Virus record (IMG/VR): IMGVR_UViG_3300022200_000061
Span: 1 to 54,158 of that record
DNA: 54,158 bases
Source of the DNA: a virus
Lineage: Duplodnaviria; Caudoviricetes
Reading direction: 5' to 3' (one strand)
Shown here: piece after piece, positions 28,104-37,723 of the stretch
Numbering within the stretch: the first letter of the stretch is position 1
Layout: each line of letters starts with the position of its first letter
Program-made: the position numbers and the translations under genes
Notes under the pieces: generated by a model
What the model saw: the letters and a program-made list of their open reading frames with translations, nothing else
What the model was told of the DNA's origin: nothing
Database searches by the model: none

Positions 28104-29530
28104 TGTGCGGTTTGGTAGGTATGGCGGGTAACATTGTCGATGGGGACAAGAAGGTGTTGAAGCATCTTCTCATCTTCGATGTTCTCCGTGGTGACGATAG
28201 CACTGGTCTTGCTGTTGTCTCTGAAAAAGATGATAGTATCTCTCTTGTCAAGGAAGTGGGGGCTCCCCATAACTTGTTCCGTAAGAGCGAGTTCGATAGC
28301 AAGGGTGTGTACACCAGCCAGCGTGGTAAGGTGTTCATTGGTCACAATCGTGCAGCCACCAAGGGTGCTGTGACTAAGAAGAATGCTCATCCATTCCACC
28401 ATGGCAATGTTGTTGGTGCGCACAATGGCACACTGCGTGGTGCCTTTCGTCTTGAAAACAGCGCCAAGTTTGATGTTGATAGTGAAGCTATCTTCTACAA
28501 CCTCGCGAAGTACACTATCGAATCCACGATGGGTAATGTCGATGGTGCCTATGCACTGACTTGGTACGACAAGGACGACAACAAGGTGTATGTCATTCGT
28601 AACAACGAACGGCCCCTGTACTGGACACGTCGCACTGATTTGGACGTTATTTATTGGGCATCTGAGCCTTGGATGCTTGAGGTTGCTCTTGGTCGTTGCA
28701 GCATCAAGCATGGCGACATCGTAGAGTTTGAAAAGAATACGCTCTACAGCCTTGACGTATCCAACGTTATGCCTAGCACCTTCCGTAAGGTTGAGTGGGT
28801 TGAGAAGAAGAATGTTGAGGGCTATAAGTATAAGCCTGTGGTTCGTCATAACAACCATAACAATGGCTCTCACATCTTTAACAACCCAAGCAATGTCAAT
28901 CAGGGAGGCCGCAGTAATGTCATCCCTTTCTCTCCCACGTCGAACGGTGGCTCGACTCAATCTGCTGGCCGGACGGCGACTGAACTATCTGTCATGAAGC
29001 AGATGGAAGGACAGACAATCCGGTTTCGTCTTTCCGGGGTTAAGGTGGGGGTAAGCAAAAGTCGCTATCTCTCTGCATTTCCTGACAACCCTCTTGCTGA
29101 TTGGGATATTCGCATCTATGGCCACAAGAATAGTTTGTGGGGCAATTGGGTGGATGCAGCTAAGGGCAAGAACCTCTTCTCGGGCAAAATCAAGAAGGTT
29201 GTTGACACGTGGCACTCGGGTGGCAAGCGTGAGACCTACCTCCTTATCGACCTCCGCTCAATTGAGAAACAGGTTGAGACAGAGGTTGAAGAGGAACTCC
29301 CGAAGAGTAACACGGTAAGTGATACTGATTGGTACGAAGGTTTTGGTGGCCGTTTCCTTACTCGTGATGAGTGGGATAACGCTACTAAGGATGGTTGTGC
29401 CAACTGTACAGCCGATGCTGATCCCGACGACCAACTCCTGACATTCTTTAGCCACAATGAACATTTCTGTGGCAAGTGTGCGGATGCTAATACCAAGGCT
29501 GAATCTAACCCACGTTCTAATCTCAACTAA
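28103..29530 (+). CDS. Class II (Ntn) glutamine amidotransferase with C-terminal Zn ribbon
   Basis: MCGLVG N-terminal Cys, RGDDSTG, GHNRAAT, NAHPF, HNGTL, DSE; C-terminal CxxC...CxxC. Confidence 0.9.
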   Translation: MCGLVGMAGNIVDGDKKVLKHLLIFDVLRGDDSTGLAVVSEKDDSISLVKEVGAPHNLFRKSEFDSKGVYTSQRGKVFIGHNRAATKGAVTKKNAHPFHHGNVVGAHNGTLRGAFRLENSAKFDVDSEAIFYNLAKYTIESTMGNVDGAYALTWYDKDDNKVYVIRNNERPLYWTRRTDLDVIYWASEPWMLEVALGRCSIKHGDIVEFEKNTLYSLDVSNVMPSTFRKVEWVEKKNVEGYKYKPVVRHNNHNNGSHIFNNPSNVNQGGRSNVIPFSPTSNGGSTQSAGRTATELSVMKQMEGQTIRFRLSGVKVGVSKSRYLSAFPDNPLADWDIRIYGHKNSLWGNWVDAAKGKNLFSGKIKKVVDTWHSGGKRETYLLIDLRSIEKQVETEVEEELPKSNTVSDTDWYEGFGGRFLTRDEWDNATKDGCANCTADADPDDQLLTFFSHNEHFCGKCADANTKAESNPRSNLN

Positions 29531-29547
29531 ACATTACGGAGTGTTAA

Positions 29548-30633
29548 ATGACTGAATTTCTTATCGGCGCTGATCCAGAATTGTTTGTTCGTGATCGTAA
29601 GGGCGAGCTTGTCTCCGCTCATGGTATGATCCCCGGCACTAAAGCCAATCCCCATCAGGTTGAGGGCGGTGCGGTTCAGGTTGATGGTATGGCTTTGGAG
29701 TTCAATATCAATCCAGCCAGCACCTATCAGGAATGGGAAGCCAACATCACTGGTGTAATGGCCCAGCTTAAGGAAATGATCCCAACGGGCTACACCTTTG
29801 ACTTCTCCCCTGTCGCTGAATTTGGTGCTGACTTCATCAAGACACAGCCTGAAGAGGCTCGTGACCTTGGTTGTGACCCTGATTTTAACCCATACAATAG
29901 TAATCAGCCATTCCCCCGCCCTGATGCCAGCACTTCGTTCCGTACTGCGTCTGGTCATGTCCATATTGGTTGGACAAAAGATCAGTCAATTGATGACCCC
30001 GATCATTGGGAAGCTTGCAGTATGATGGCACGTCAGCTTGACCTTGCCCTTCTTCCTCACTCGTTCATCTGGGATCGGGATACGAAGCGTAGCTCACTTT
30101 ATGGCAAGCCCGGTGCTTTCCGCCCTAAGTCTTATGGTGTTGAGTATCGTTCTCTGTCCAATGTCTGGGTGGACAATGCTGACACTCGCTACATTGTGTA
30201 CCATCGTACACTGAACGCTGCTCAGATGCTGTTGTCTGGTCGTCGTATGTATGACTATGACAGCCATCGTGATCCTGTCATTTATCACAAGAAGGGTGAT
30301 CTCAAGTCTGTGAAGATGTGGTCGGACCATCTGCATGCTGCTTTTGATCGGTATGACCCTGATGGGATTATTCGTGCCAAGATGGCTACCATCTACAATC
30401 AGAACAAAACCCCTGTAAAAAGCTCGATAGTCAAGCCTAAGACTAAGACAAATGATGCGGAGTTTAATCCAGCGCTCCAGTGGAATCTGGCTGTGCGAGA
30501 GGCACGAGAACGTATCCGTGAACGTGCAGCCATTGGTGTCCCCGTAGCTGCTGGCATTGGTCGTGGCCCTCGTCGTCGTGGCGCAGGTCAGATGGCTGTA
30601 CCTGCCGCGATTCTTGATGACGATTTCCTGTAA
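29548..30633 (+). CDS. phiEco32-like COOH-NH2 ligase (type 2)
   Basis: IGADPELF, DGMALEFN, GCDPDFN, GHVHIG, YGVEYRSLSN. Confidence 0.88.
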   Translation: MTEFLIGADPELFVRDRKGELVSAHGMIPGTKANPHQVEGGAVQVDGMALEFNINPASTYQEWEANITGVMAQLKEMIPTGYTFDFSPVAEFGADFIKTQPEEARDLGCDPDFNPYNSNQPFPRPDASTSFRTASGHVHIGWTKDQSIDDPDHWEACSMMARQLDLALLPHSFIWDRDTKRSSLYGKPGAFRPKSYGVEYRSLSNVWVDNADTRYIVYHRTLNAAQMLLSGRRMYDYDSHRDPVIYHKKGDLKSVKMWSDHLHAAFDRYDPDGIIRAKMATIYNQNKTPVKSSIVKPKTKTNDAEFNPALQWNLAVREARERIRERAAIGVPVAAGIGRGPRRRGAGQMAVPAAILDDDFL

Positions 30634-30642
30634 GGAGTAGCT

Positions 30643-31224
30643 ATGAAACACTACGACACTGTAGAGTATGCCCAGTCACGATTGGTTGATACTATCGTAC
30701 GTCTTGGCAACAAGCCAATTTTGGTACGGGCTGTTGGCGGTAATAACCGCAACATCATCGTTCACTACGAAGAGGTGTTGACTACTGTTGGTGGTATGAA
30801 AGAGGTGGCTCTTACTGAGTTGAACCTTGACCCTGTACCACTGGGCTATGTTAACTTCGATGGCCTTGCTCACTACCTTACACGAGCCCCAATGCGTCGT
30901 GACTGGCGGCAGGGCCTTCGTATGCTCAACATTATGGTCCCCAATGGGGGGCAGCCTCGTGCTATCCCCTATCGCACAATCGCCAACACAATCATTGGCA
31001 AGTACCCCACCTTCAACTCAGCTCTTGATAAGCTGAACAAAACCACTAATTCCTCACGGGCATTGGCATTCTGTCGTGACTTTGCTATGACACGAGAGAA
31101 GCTGTGCTATAAGGGCGTCTTTGATGTTGGTAGTGTCAACATGGACAATGGCAACATTGAAATCAATCGCAAGTTCGATTGGGTCCGAGAGGCCCTTGAA
31201 CAGAATATGGAGAAAGCAGCATGA
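30643..31224 (+). CDS. Hypothetical protein of amidoligase cluster
   Basis: Strong RBS; PLGYVN and RDWRQGL; embedded in cluster. Confidence 0.7.
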   Translation: MKHYDTVEYAQSRLVDTIVRLGNKPILVRAVGGNNRNIIVHYEEVLTTVGGMKEVALTELNLDPVPLGYVNFDGLAHYLTRAPMRRDWRQGLRMLNIMVPNGGQPRAIPYRTIANTIIGKYPTFNSALDKLNKTTNSSRALAFCRDFAMTREKLCYKGVFDVGSVNMDNGNIEINRKFDWVREALEQNMEKAA

Positions 31225-32075
31225 AGCCAATGAAGCAAGTCCTACGGTTGGACCCTTCAACATACCGTGATGCCTTGTATGGTGTAGAGATTGAGGTGGA
31301 GGGGAACAACCTCCCCACCCGCCTCAGCAGCTCTGTGTGGCGTATTGAGCGGGATGGCAGCCTCAAGTCTGCGGAAGCCTACGAGTATGTGACACCACAC
31401 CCACTGTCATTGGCAGGTGTACGGTCCTCGTTGGACTATCTTGGTGCTGCTTACGCAACGTCCCGCACTTCTGTTGACGAAAGCATTCGTGCTGGTGTAC
31501 ATGTCCATATGAATGTGCAGGACTGGAACATCAAACAGTTGTTCACCTTCACCACCATGTACTATGTCCTCGAAGACATCCTTACTCGTTGGTGCGGCCC
31601 GGCCCGTGAGGGCAATCTGTTCTGCCTTCGTTCTAAGGACGCTGAGTTTGTTCTGTTCCGTGTCCTTGAGGCATTGAACAACAAGAACCTTCGTCTGTTG
31701 AAGGACGATACCATCCGCTATTCCTCCCTCAACTACTGCTCACTGTTCAAGTATGGCAGTATTGAGTTCCGTGGGATGCGTGGTACAGGTGATCTGGATG
31801 CCATCTACAACTGGGTTCAGATCATTAACGACCTCCGTGAATCGTCTTTGAAGTTTGACGATCCGGTGTCTGTCATCTCCACGATGAGTGGTGATGGTGG
31901 TCGGGCATTCCTCGACCGTGTTCTCCCCAACACTGCCAAGTTGCTTGGGGATGTCAACGACGCTGATGAGTTGATCAGTGAGTCTACCCGTCGTGTTCAG
32001 ATGCTTGCTTTTGGTGTCAACTGGGCATCAATGGGTGGCAAAAGTGTAAACATCTTTAAGGAAGAGGTTTGGTAA
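31221..32075 (+). CDS. Putative amidoligase (COOH-NH2 ligase)
   Basis: YGVEIEVEG, DGSL, GVHVHMN, SIEFR. Confidence 0.88.
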   Translation: MKPMKQVLRLDPSTYRDALYGVEIEVEGNNLPTRLSSSVWRIERDGSLKSAEAYEYVTPHPLSLAGVRSSLDYLGAAYATSRTSVDESIRAGVHVHMNVQDWNIKQLFTFTTMYYVLEDILTRWCGPAREGNLFCLRSKDAEFVLFRVLEALNNKNLRLLKDDTIRYSSLNYCSLFKYGSIEFRGMRGTGDLDAIYNWVQIINDLRESSLKFDDPVSVISTMSGDGGRAFLDRVLPNTAKLLGDVNDADELISESTRRVQMLAFGVNWASMGGKSVNIFKEEVW

Positions 32076-32470
32076 TGACTTATGTATTTGTATATGGTAC
32101 GCTGAAGCAGCGTCATGGTAATCATCGTGTCCTTGGTGACGCTGTGTTTATTGGCGAAGGTGCAACAGTAAGTGATGAGTTCACTATGTTCAACGGAGGT
32201 TTCCCTTTTGTATCCACTGGTTTTGATGAACATCGTGGCCGTGTATTCGGTGAACTTTATGAAACGGATGATGAAGGCATCCTTCGTAACCTCGACCGAC
32301 TTGAAGGCGTCCCTTATCTATACATCAAGAGGGAGGTTGATGTTACGACAGTGGACGGACAGCAGCACCGGGCAACGCTCTACGTGGCGTCGGAAGAGTC
32401 TAACCGTCGAATGAGTCATCGTGAACAGATTGTACCACGTGGCGGTACTAAGATTCTGGAGTGGAATTGA
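32075..32470 (+). CDS. Gamma-glutamylcyclotransferase (AIG2-like)
   Basis: VFVYGTLK, GELY, LDRLEG..Y. Confidence 0.9.
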   Translation: MTYVFVYGTLKQRHGNHRVLGDAVFIGEGATVSDEFTMFNGGFPFVSTGFDEHRGRVFGELYETDDEGILRNLDRLEGVPYLYIKREVDVTTVDGQQHRATLYVASEESNRRMSHREQIVPRGGTKILEWN

Positions 32471-33225
32471 TGCACGTATATTCTTACAATCAGTATAGCG
32501 CAGGTGCTACAGCCCTAGCACGTGCTGCAGGAGCTAAGAAGGTGAAGCATGAGGGTAGCCGTTTTGTTGGCGGGCCTCATAAGACTGTCATCAATTGGGG
32601 CAGTAGCTCTGTACCCCCAGAGGTTGGCCGTTGTCGTGTGATTAACCTGCCTGAGATTATTGGGCGTGTTACAAACAAGCTTACATTCTTTACCAACTTC
32701 AACATCCCTGAGCTTGTCCCTTACACCACCAGTGTTGATCAGGTACGTGAATGGTTGAACGAGGGTAAGACTGTGGTGGCCCGTAAGAAGCTCACAGGGC
32801 ACTCAGGAGAGGGTATTGTCATTCTTGAAGGGACTGATGCCGAAATTGTACCAGCCCCGCTGTACACCCTCTACAAGCCAAAGAAGGATGAGTACCGTAT
32901 CCACGTAGTTCGTACTGCGAATGGGTATCAGGTGTTTGATCGCCAGCGTAAGGCTCGTGATCGTTCTAACGACAATCCTAACTGGAAGGTACGGAATCAT
33001 GAAAACGGTTTTGTATATGCTCGTGATGGCATTGATCCTCCACGATGTGTTGAGGAAAGCGCTATCAAGATTCTTGAAGAGACAGGTCTTGACTTCGGTG
33101 CAGTGGACATCATCTATAACGACAAGGAAAAGAAAGCCTACGTCCTAGAAATCAACACAGCACCGGGCCTTACAGGCACTACACTGGAACGCTATACAGC
33201 TATGGTGAAGGAGAATTTTGAATGA
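32470..33225 (+). CDS. ATP-grasp peptide ligase (RimK/GshB-like)
   Basis: GHSGEGI, EYRIHV, LDFGAVDII, VLEINTAPG. Confidence 0.9.
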   Translation: MHVYSYNQYSAGATALARAAGAKKVKHEGSRFVGGPHKTVINWGSSSVPPEVGRCRVINLPEIIGRVTNKLTFFTNFNIPELVPYTTSVDQVREWLNEGKTVVARKKLTGHSGEGIVILEGTDAEIVPAPLYTLYKPKKDEYRIHVVRTANGYQVFDRQRKARDRSNDNPNWKVRNHENGFVYARDGIDPPRCVEESAIKILEETGLDFGAVDIIYNDKEKKAYVLEINTAPGLTGTTLERYTAMVKENFE

Positions 33226-33568
33226 GCCTAGTCCCTCGTCTATTCGTGACATTGCTTGCTGCACTAGCCCCTTGGGCTGTCTGGGCACTCATTGCTCAAG
33301 ACTACACCCATATGTTTGATCATTGGGCTAGGCGTGGCTTTTGGATTTACATCACCGTAGCTTGTGCCTTTAGCGTGTTCTTCTTTACTAACACTAAGGA
33401 CTCACGATGATTAAGAAGATTGTAGTTATTGCTGGTGTACGATACTTGTACACACAACCTGCTTGGACCAAGGGGTATCGCCCAACTGGTACGTATTCCC
33501 TGCTTTATTGAGTTCCAAAACCCGTAATTAACCTGCAAAATTTGACAGCCTTTCTACAGGAGATAAAA

Positions 33569-33814
33569 ATGGAAATCACTATCTACGGACAGCCTAATTG
33601 CTCTGGTTGTACAGCAGCTAAGACATTGCTAGACGTTAAGGGCTGGAAGTATACGTATCACAGCCTACCTTCAATGGAACCTAACGCTGCTCGCCTCGTT
33701 GTTGATGAAAGCCATATGCGATCAGTCCCTATTGTCAAGATTGACAACACATATATTGGCGGACTCAATGCCCTTGAAGGCTATATCCGTGGTGTGGAGG
33801 AGCGTAAGGTATGA
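33569..33814 (+). CDS. Glutaredoxin
   Basis: CSGC, RSVP, YIGG. Confidence 0.85.
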   Translation: MEITIYGQPNCSGCTAAKTLLDVKGWKYTYHSLPSMEPNAARLVVDESHMRSVPIVKIDNTYIGGLNALEGYIRGVEERKV

Positions 33815-34203
33815 CAGAGACAACAGGTCGCCTAGAGAAGTGGTGTGTTGATAAGGTGTACCCCTCTATCATTTGGGGCAATCTTTATGATGATCGGCAC
33901 AAACGTTGGCGTCAGGGCCAACGCATCCACACGTCAAGCATTATTACACCTCCAGAAGAGTGGAAAGAGGGGGCTGTAATCACTACAATGAACTCTACAT
34001 ACCTTCTTGGGGAGAAATTGCATCAGTATGACAAGTAAATCTTTGATTGGCATCCGTGTTAAGGTGCTTGCTGGGTATCCTTGGTGTAGTGTTGGCAAGA
34101 TTGTTCGAGAACACACCAACCATCGTGGGTATTTCGATGTGAAGTCAGATCGTGATGGTCATATGTATTGTTTGCATGTAAGTACGTTTCGTAAGGAGTA
34201 GAG

Positions 34204-34779
34204 ATGGTTGAGTTTAAAGAATGGCCCAAGATTCCACGTGGTGGTAAGGGTAATGAGAAGATTACAATCACTGAAAAGATTGATGGCTCTAATGGCTGCA
34301 TTATTATTGAAAATGGCGTGATTGTAGGTGTCCAAAGCCGCAATCGTATGCTGGCGAGTCTCAAGGACGGTACACTGACCCGTGAGGGGGATGATAATTT
34401 CGGATTTGCCCACTGGGTGATCCAAAATCAAAATGAATTGCTCTCTCTCGAAGATGGCTACCACTATGGCGAGTGGGCAGGGCCGGGTATTCAGAATAAC
34501 CCGCACAAGCTTGAAAATAAGACGTTCTTCTTGTTCAACGCCCTTCGTTGGAACCCAAATAATCCCAATACCCCTGCGATTACTCGCACTGTGCCTGTTC
34601 TTTATCAAGGGCTGGACAAACAAGGGCTGATTGATGAGGTTATGCTCGCTTTGAAGGCAGGGGCGGCTGAAAAAGACTACAAGGCTGAGGGTATTGTGGT
34701 GTACTATCAAAATACCAAGCGTCTTGAGAAGTATACGTTTGAGTTTTCAGAAGGGAAGTGGAAGAATGAATCTAATTAA
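34204..34779 (+). CDS. RNA ligase (Rnl2-like adenylyltransferase domain)
   Basis: TEKIDGSN, QSR, YGEWAG, FFLFN, EGIVV. Confidence 0.8.
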   Translation: MVEFKEWPKIPRGGKGNEKITITEKIDGSNGCIIIENGVIVGVQSRNRMLASLKDGTLTREGDDNFGFAHWVIQNQNELLSLEDGYHYGEWAGPGIQNNPHKLENKTFFLFNALRWNPNNPNTPAITRTVPVLYQGLDKQGLIDEVMLALKAGAAEKDYKAEGIVVYYQNTKRLEKYTFEFSEGKWKNESN

Positions 34780-35041
34780 GTATCAAGAAGCAGCAGTGGC
34801 CACACTAGGCCCTGATCGTAACCCACTCCTACTTGCACTTGGTGTAGGTGGTGAGGCTGGTGAGGTACAGGAAATCATTAAGAAGGGCCATCGTCCGGGC
34901 AAGGAAATTGATATTCCGCACCTCAAGGAAGAGATTGGTGATGTGTTGTGGTATCTGGCAGTCCTTGCGGACTTCTATGGCCTAGACTTTGGTGAAATTG
35001 CAATGGAAAACATTGCTAAACTGCAAAAGAGGTATGGCTAA
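34766..35041 (+). CDS. MazG-like nucleotide pyrophosphohydrolase
   Basis: GEAGEV..IIKK, EEIGDVLWY, NIAKLQKRY. Confidence 0.88.
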   Translation: MNLIKYQEAAVATLGPDRNPLLLALGVGGEAGEVQEIIKKGHRPGKEIDIPHLKEEIGDVLWYLAVLADFYGLDFGEIAMENIAKLQKRYG

Positions 35042-35271
35042 TGATCACTCGTGTAGTGTTTTATGACGACGAGGCTGAAACATCTAATACTATTGAGCTG
35101 AAAAGCGATGGCCCACATACAAATTGGAAGTACGACCGATGCGTACCGAAGGACGGGGGTGGCTACACTGTGGTAAAAGAAGGTGGGGTGGTGTTTAATC
35201 AGCCTGATGGCCTTGAAGTTGTGAAAACAGTACTTACATCATTGGAGAAGCTATAGTAGATAGGAGAGTTA

Positions 35272-36984
35272 ATGGCCGGTCAGTGCCTAGACAAACTCCC
35301 GCACTCATGCGGGTCACGTAAGGGCCTTCAAGTCTTCGCTGGTGATGATGGTAACGTCAATGGTTGGTGTTTCAGTTGTGGTACGTTTGTAGCTCATCCG
35401 TATGGTGAGCCACGAGCTACCTCAGATGTACCAGCCCCCAAGGTGAAGACTGAAGAGGAAATTAAGGAAGAGATTGGTGATATTGGGAACTATCCATCCC
35501 TCACTGTTGAATCTCGTAAGCTCCGAGCGGATGTCTTGGAGAAATTTGGTGTAAAGACATCTGTGTCAGAGTCAGATGGTAAAACACCTACAGCTTTGTA
35601 CTATCCCTACTACCGAAATGGCAAGGTAGTTGGCTATAAGATTAAGACACTTGGCGAGAAGCATATCTGGTCTGTTGGCGACCTTAAGAATGTTGCACCC
35701 TTTGGGTGGGAAGTTGCCAAGGTTACTGGTGCCAAACGTTTGATCATTACAGAGGGTGAGGATGACACACTTGCGCTTTCCAAAATCATCGAAAGAAATA
35801 CGAAAGAGGCGTATCGTGATTATATGCCTGCTGTTATCTCTATTCCTCATGGCGCGGGTAATGCTGGGCGTGATCTAACTAAGTTCAAGACCGAAATCCA
35901 ACGGTACTTCCGAGAGATTGTCCTCTGTTTCGATAACGATGAAGCAGGTGAGAAGGCTATCCGTGAAGCCAAGCTGGTGTTTCCTAATGCTAAGGTTGCT
36001 GTGCTTCCATGTAAGGATGCGCAGGAATGTCTCGCTAAGGGACATAGTAAGGCAGCATACAATGCTGTGACGTTTAAGATTGAGGAAATCAAGACAAGTA
36101 AGCTGATCTTTGGTGATCAACTGCATGATGAGGGCCGTAAAGTTCCAACATGGGGTGATCTATCTTGGCCTTGGGACCACCTCAATCAGTCCACTCGTGG
36201 TATTCGTTTCGGCGAGACAATCTACCTTGGTGCTGGCGTTAAGATGGGTAAGAGTGAGATTGTGAATGCTCTAGCAGCTCACTTCATCACTGAATGTAAC
36301 GTGAAAATCTTTATGGCCAAGCCGGAGGAAGGTAATGTTAAATCATATAAGCTCTTGGCTGGTAAGGTCGTTGGGCGGGTCTTCCACGACCCTAAACGTG
36401 AGTTTGACTTTGAGGCTTACGATAGAGCAGGTGAAATTATTCGGGACAAGGTGGCGATGGTCAACCTTTACCAGCATTTCGGATGGGAGAGTCTTAAATC
36501 GGACATCATCTCTGCAGTTGAGTGGGGCGCTAAGGTTGTATTCATTGACCCTATCACGAACCTCACTAATGGGGAGAATGCTGGCGACGCTAACAGTAAG
36601 CTCCAAGAAATCGCACAAGAGTTGGCGTCTATGGCCGTGGATTATAACATCGTCATCTTCATCTTCTGCCACCTCAAGGCACCAGAGGGGAACATCACTA
36701 AGGAAAAGCGAGAGAAGCTATACCACGATAGAAAATTTATCGGGCTTGGTAACTGCCCTCATGAGTTTGGCGGCGATATTTATTCCTCTCAGTTCGCTGG
36801 TAGCCGCGCTATGATGCGTTCATGTAACCTTATGCTAGGTATCGAGGGCAACAAAGACCCTGAACTAGACGATGAGGTTCGGAACATTCGTAACATTAAG
36901 CTTCTTGAAGACCGAGAGTTCGGTGAGACAGGGACTTATCCCATATATTGGAACAGAGAAACGTCTTTGTTCAAGGAGTGTTAA
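35272..36984 (+). CDS. Primase-helicase (T7 gp4-like)
   Basis: N-terminal Zn-binding (CFSC), TOPRIM ITEGEDD and FDNDEAG, Walker A GAGVKMGKS, FIDP, GSR. Confidence 0.92.
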   Translation: MAGQCLDKLPHSCGSRKGLQVFAGDDGNVNGWCFSCGTFVAHPYGEPRATSDVPAPKVKTEEEIKEEIGDIGNYPSLTVESRKLRADVLEKFGVKTSVSESDGKTPTALYYPYYRNGKVVGYKIKTLGEKHIWSVGDLKNVAPFGWEVAKVTGAKRLIITEGEDDTLALSKIIERNTKEAYRDYMPAVISIPHGAGNAGRDLTKFKTEIQRYFREIVLCFDNDEAGEKAIREAKLVFPNAKVAVLPCKDAQECLAKGHSKAAYNAVTFKIEEIKTSKLIFGDQLHDEGRKVPTWGDLSWPWDHLNQSTRGIRFGETIYLGAGVKMGKSEIVNALAAHFITECNVKIFMAKPEEGNVKSYKLLAGKVVGRVFHDPKREFDFEAYDRAGEIIRDKVAMVNLYQHFGWESLKSDIISAVEWGAKVVFIDPITNLTNGENAGDANSKLQEIAQELASMAVDYNIVIFIFCHLKAPEGNITKEKREKLYHDRKFIGLGNCPHEFGGDIYSSQFAGSRAMMRSCNLMLGIEGNKDPELDDEVRNIRNIKLLEDREFGETGTYPIYWNRETSLFKEC

Positions 36985-37162
36985 TGCTATCTTTCTATGG
37001 AAATGTTAAAATCGAAGGGCCTCCTGAAGAGGTTGATTTTCTTCACCGTCTTATTCAAAAGGCGGAGGCAGCACAAGTTCGTCGATCTGCCACAGTACCT
37101 TACTGTGAGGACTTCGGACGTTGTAATTGTGTGAAAGGGCAGTGTGACAAAGGGCTCGTGAC

Positions 37163-37624
37163 ATGAGTATTGTAGAAACACACTACCGAGAGAGCTACAG
37201 TAAGTTGGTTAAGATTGCCCGTGGACGTGTGGGAGACTACTCCCTACCACTGGCAGAGGAAGCGGTACAGGAGGCGTTTACTAGAGCGCTGAAGTACCTC
37301 CCAGCATATAACCCAAGGGTGCCGTTTGATAAATGGTTTATGAGCATTCTCTATAATGCTATCAACAACATCAAACGTCAGGAAATGGATGCAGGTATGG
37401 TATACGAAGAAGAAGAAGAAGTAAATTACCATAACGCTAATGACATCCTATTCACCAAGGAGATCAGTGATGCACTAAGCCGATGTAGTATTCGTGATCA
37501 GGAAATCCTGAACGCATACTTCTTCTATGGCTTTAAGTCACGAGAGGTAGCCGAGATTACCGGCACGAACCATTCAGTTGTTCGTGATGTGGTTCGGACC
37601 TTTCGCAAGAAGGTGAGAGATTAG
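37163..37624 (+). CDS. Phage RNA polymerase sigma factor (ECF-like)
   Basis: Region 2 AEEAVQEAF...FDKW...N; region 4 HTH GFKSREVAEITG. Confidence 0.85.
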   Translation: MSIVETHYRESYSKLVKIARGRVGDYSLPLAEEAVQEAFTRALKYLPAYNPRVPFDKWFMSILYNAINNIKRQEMDAGMVYEEEEEVNYHNANDILFTKEISDALSRCSIRDQEILNAYFFYGFKSREVAEITGTNHSVVRDVVRTFRKKVRD

Positions 37625-37723
37625 TGCTTAAGTACCTGTGGCAATACCCACGGGCCATCCTCAAGTTTGCAGCACCATACCTTCTAGTGATATTTGTGTT
37701 GTTCTGTTTGAAGGGGAGTAGTA

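Noticed and set aside
23138-33529. AACCCGTAATT repeated at 23138 and 33519
   Set aside because: Two copies of an 11-mer are expected by chance in 54 kb; no conserved second element
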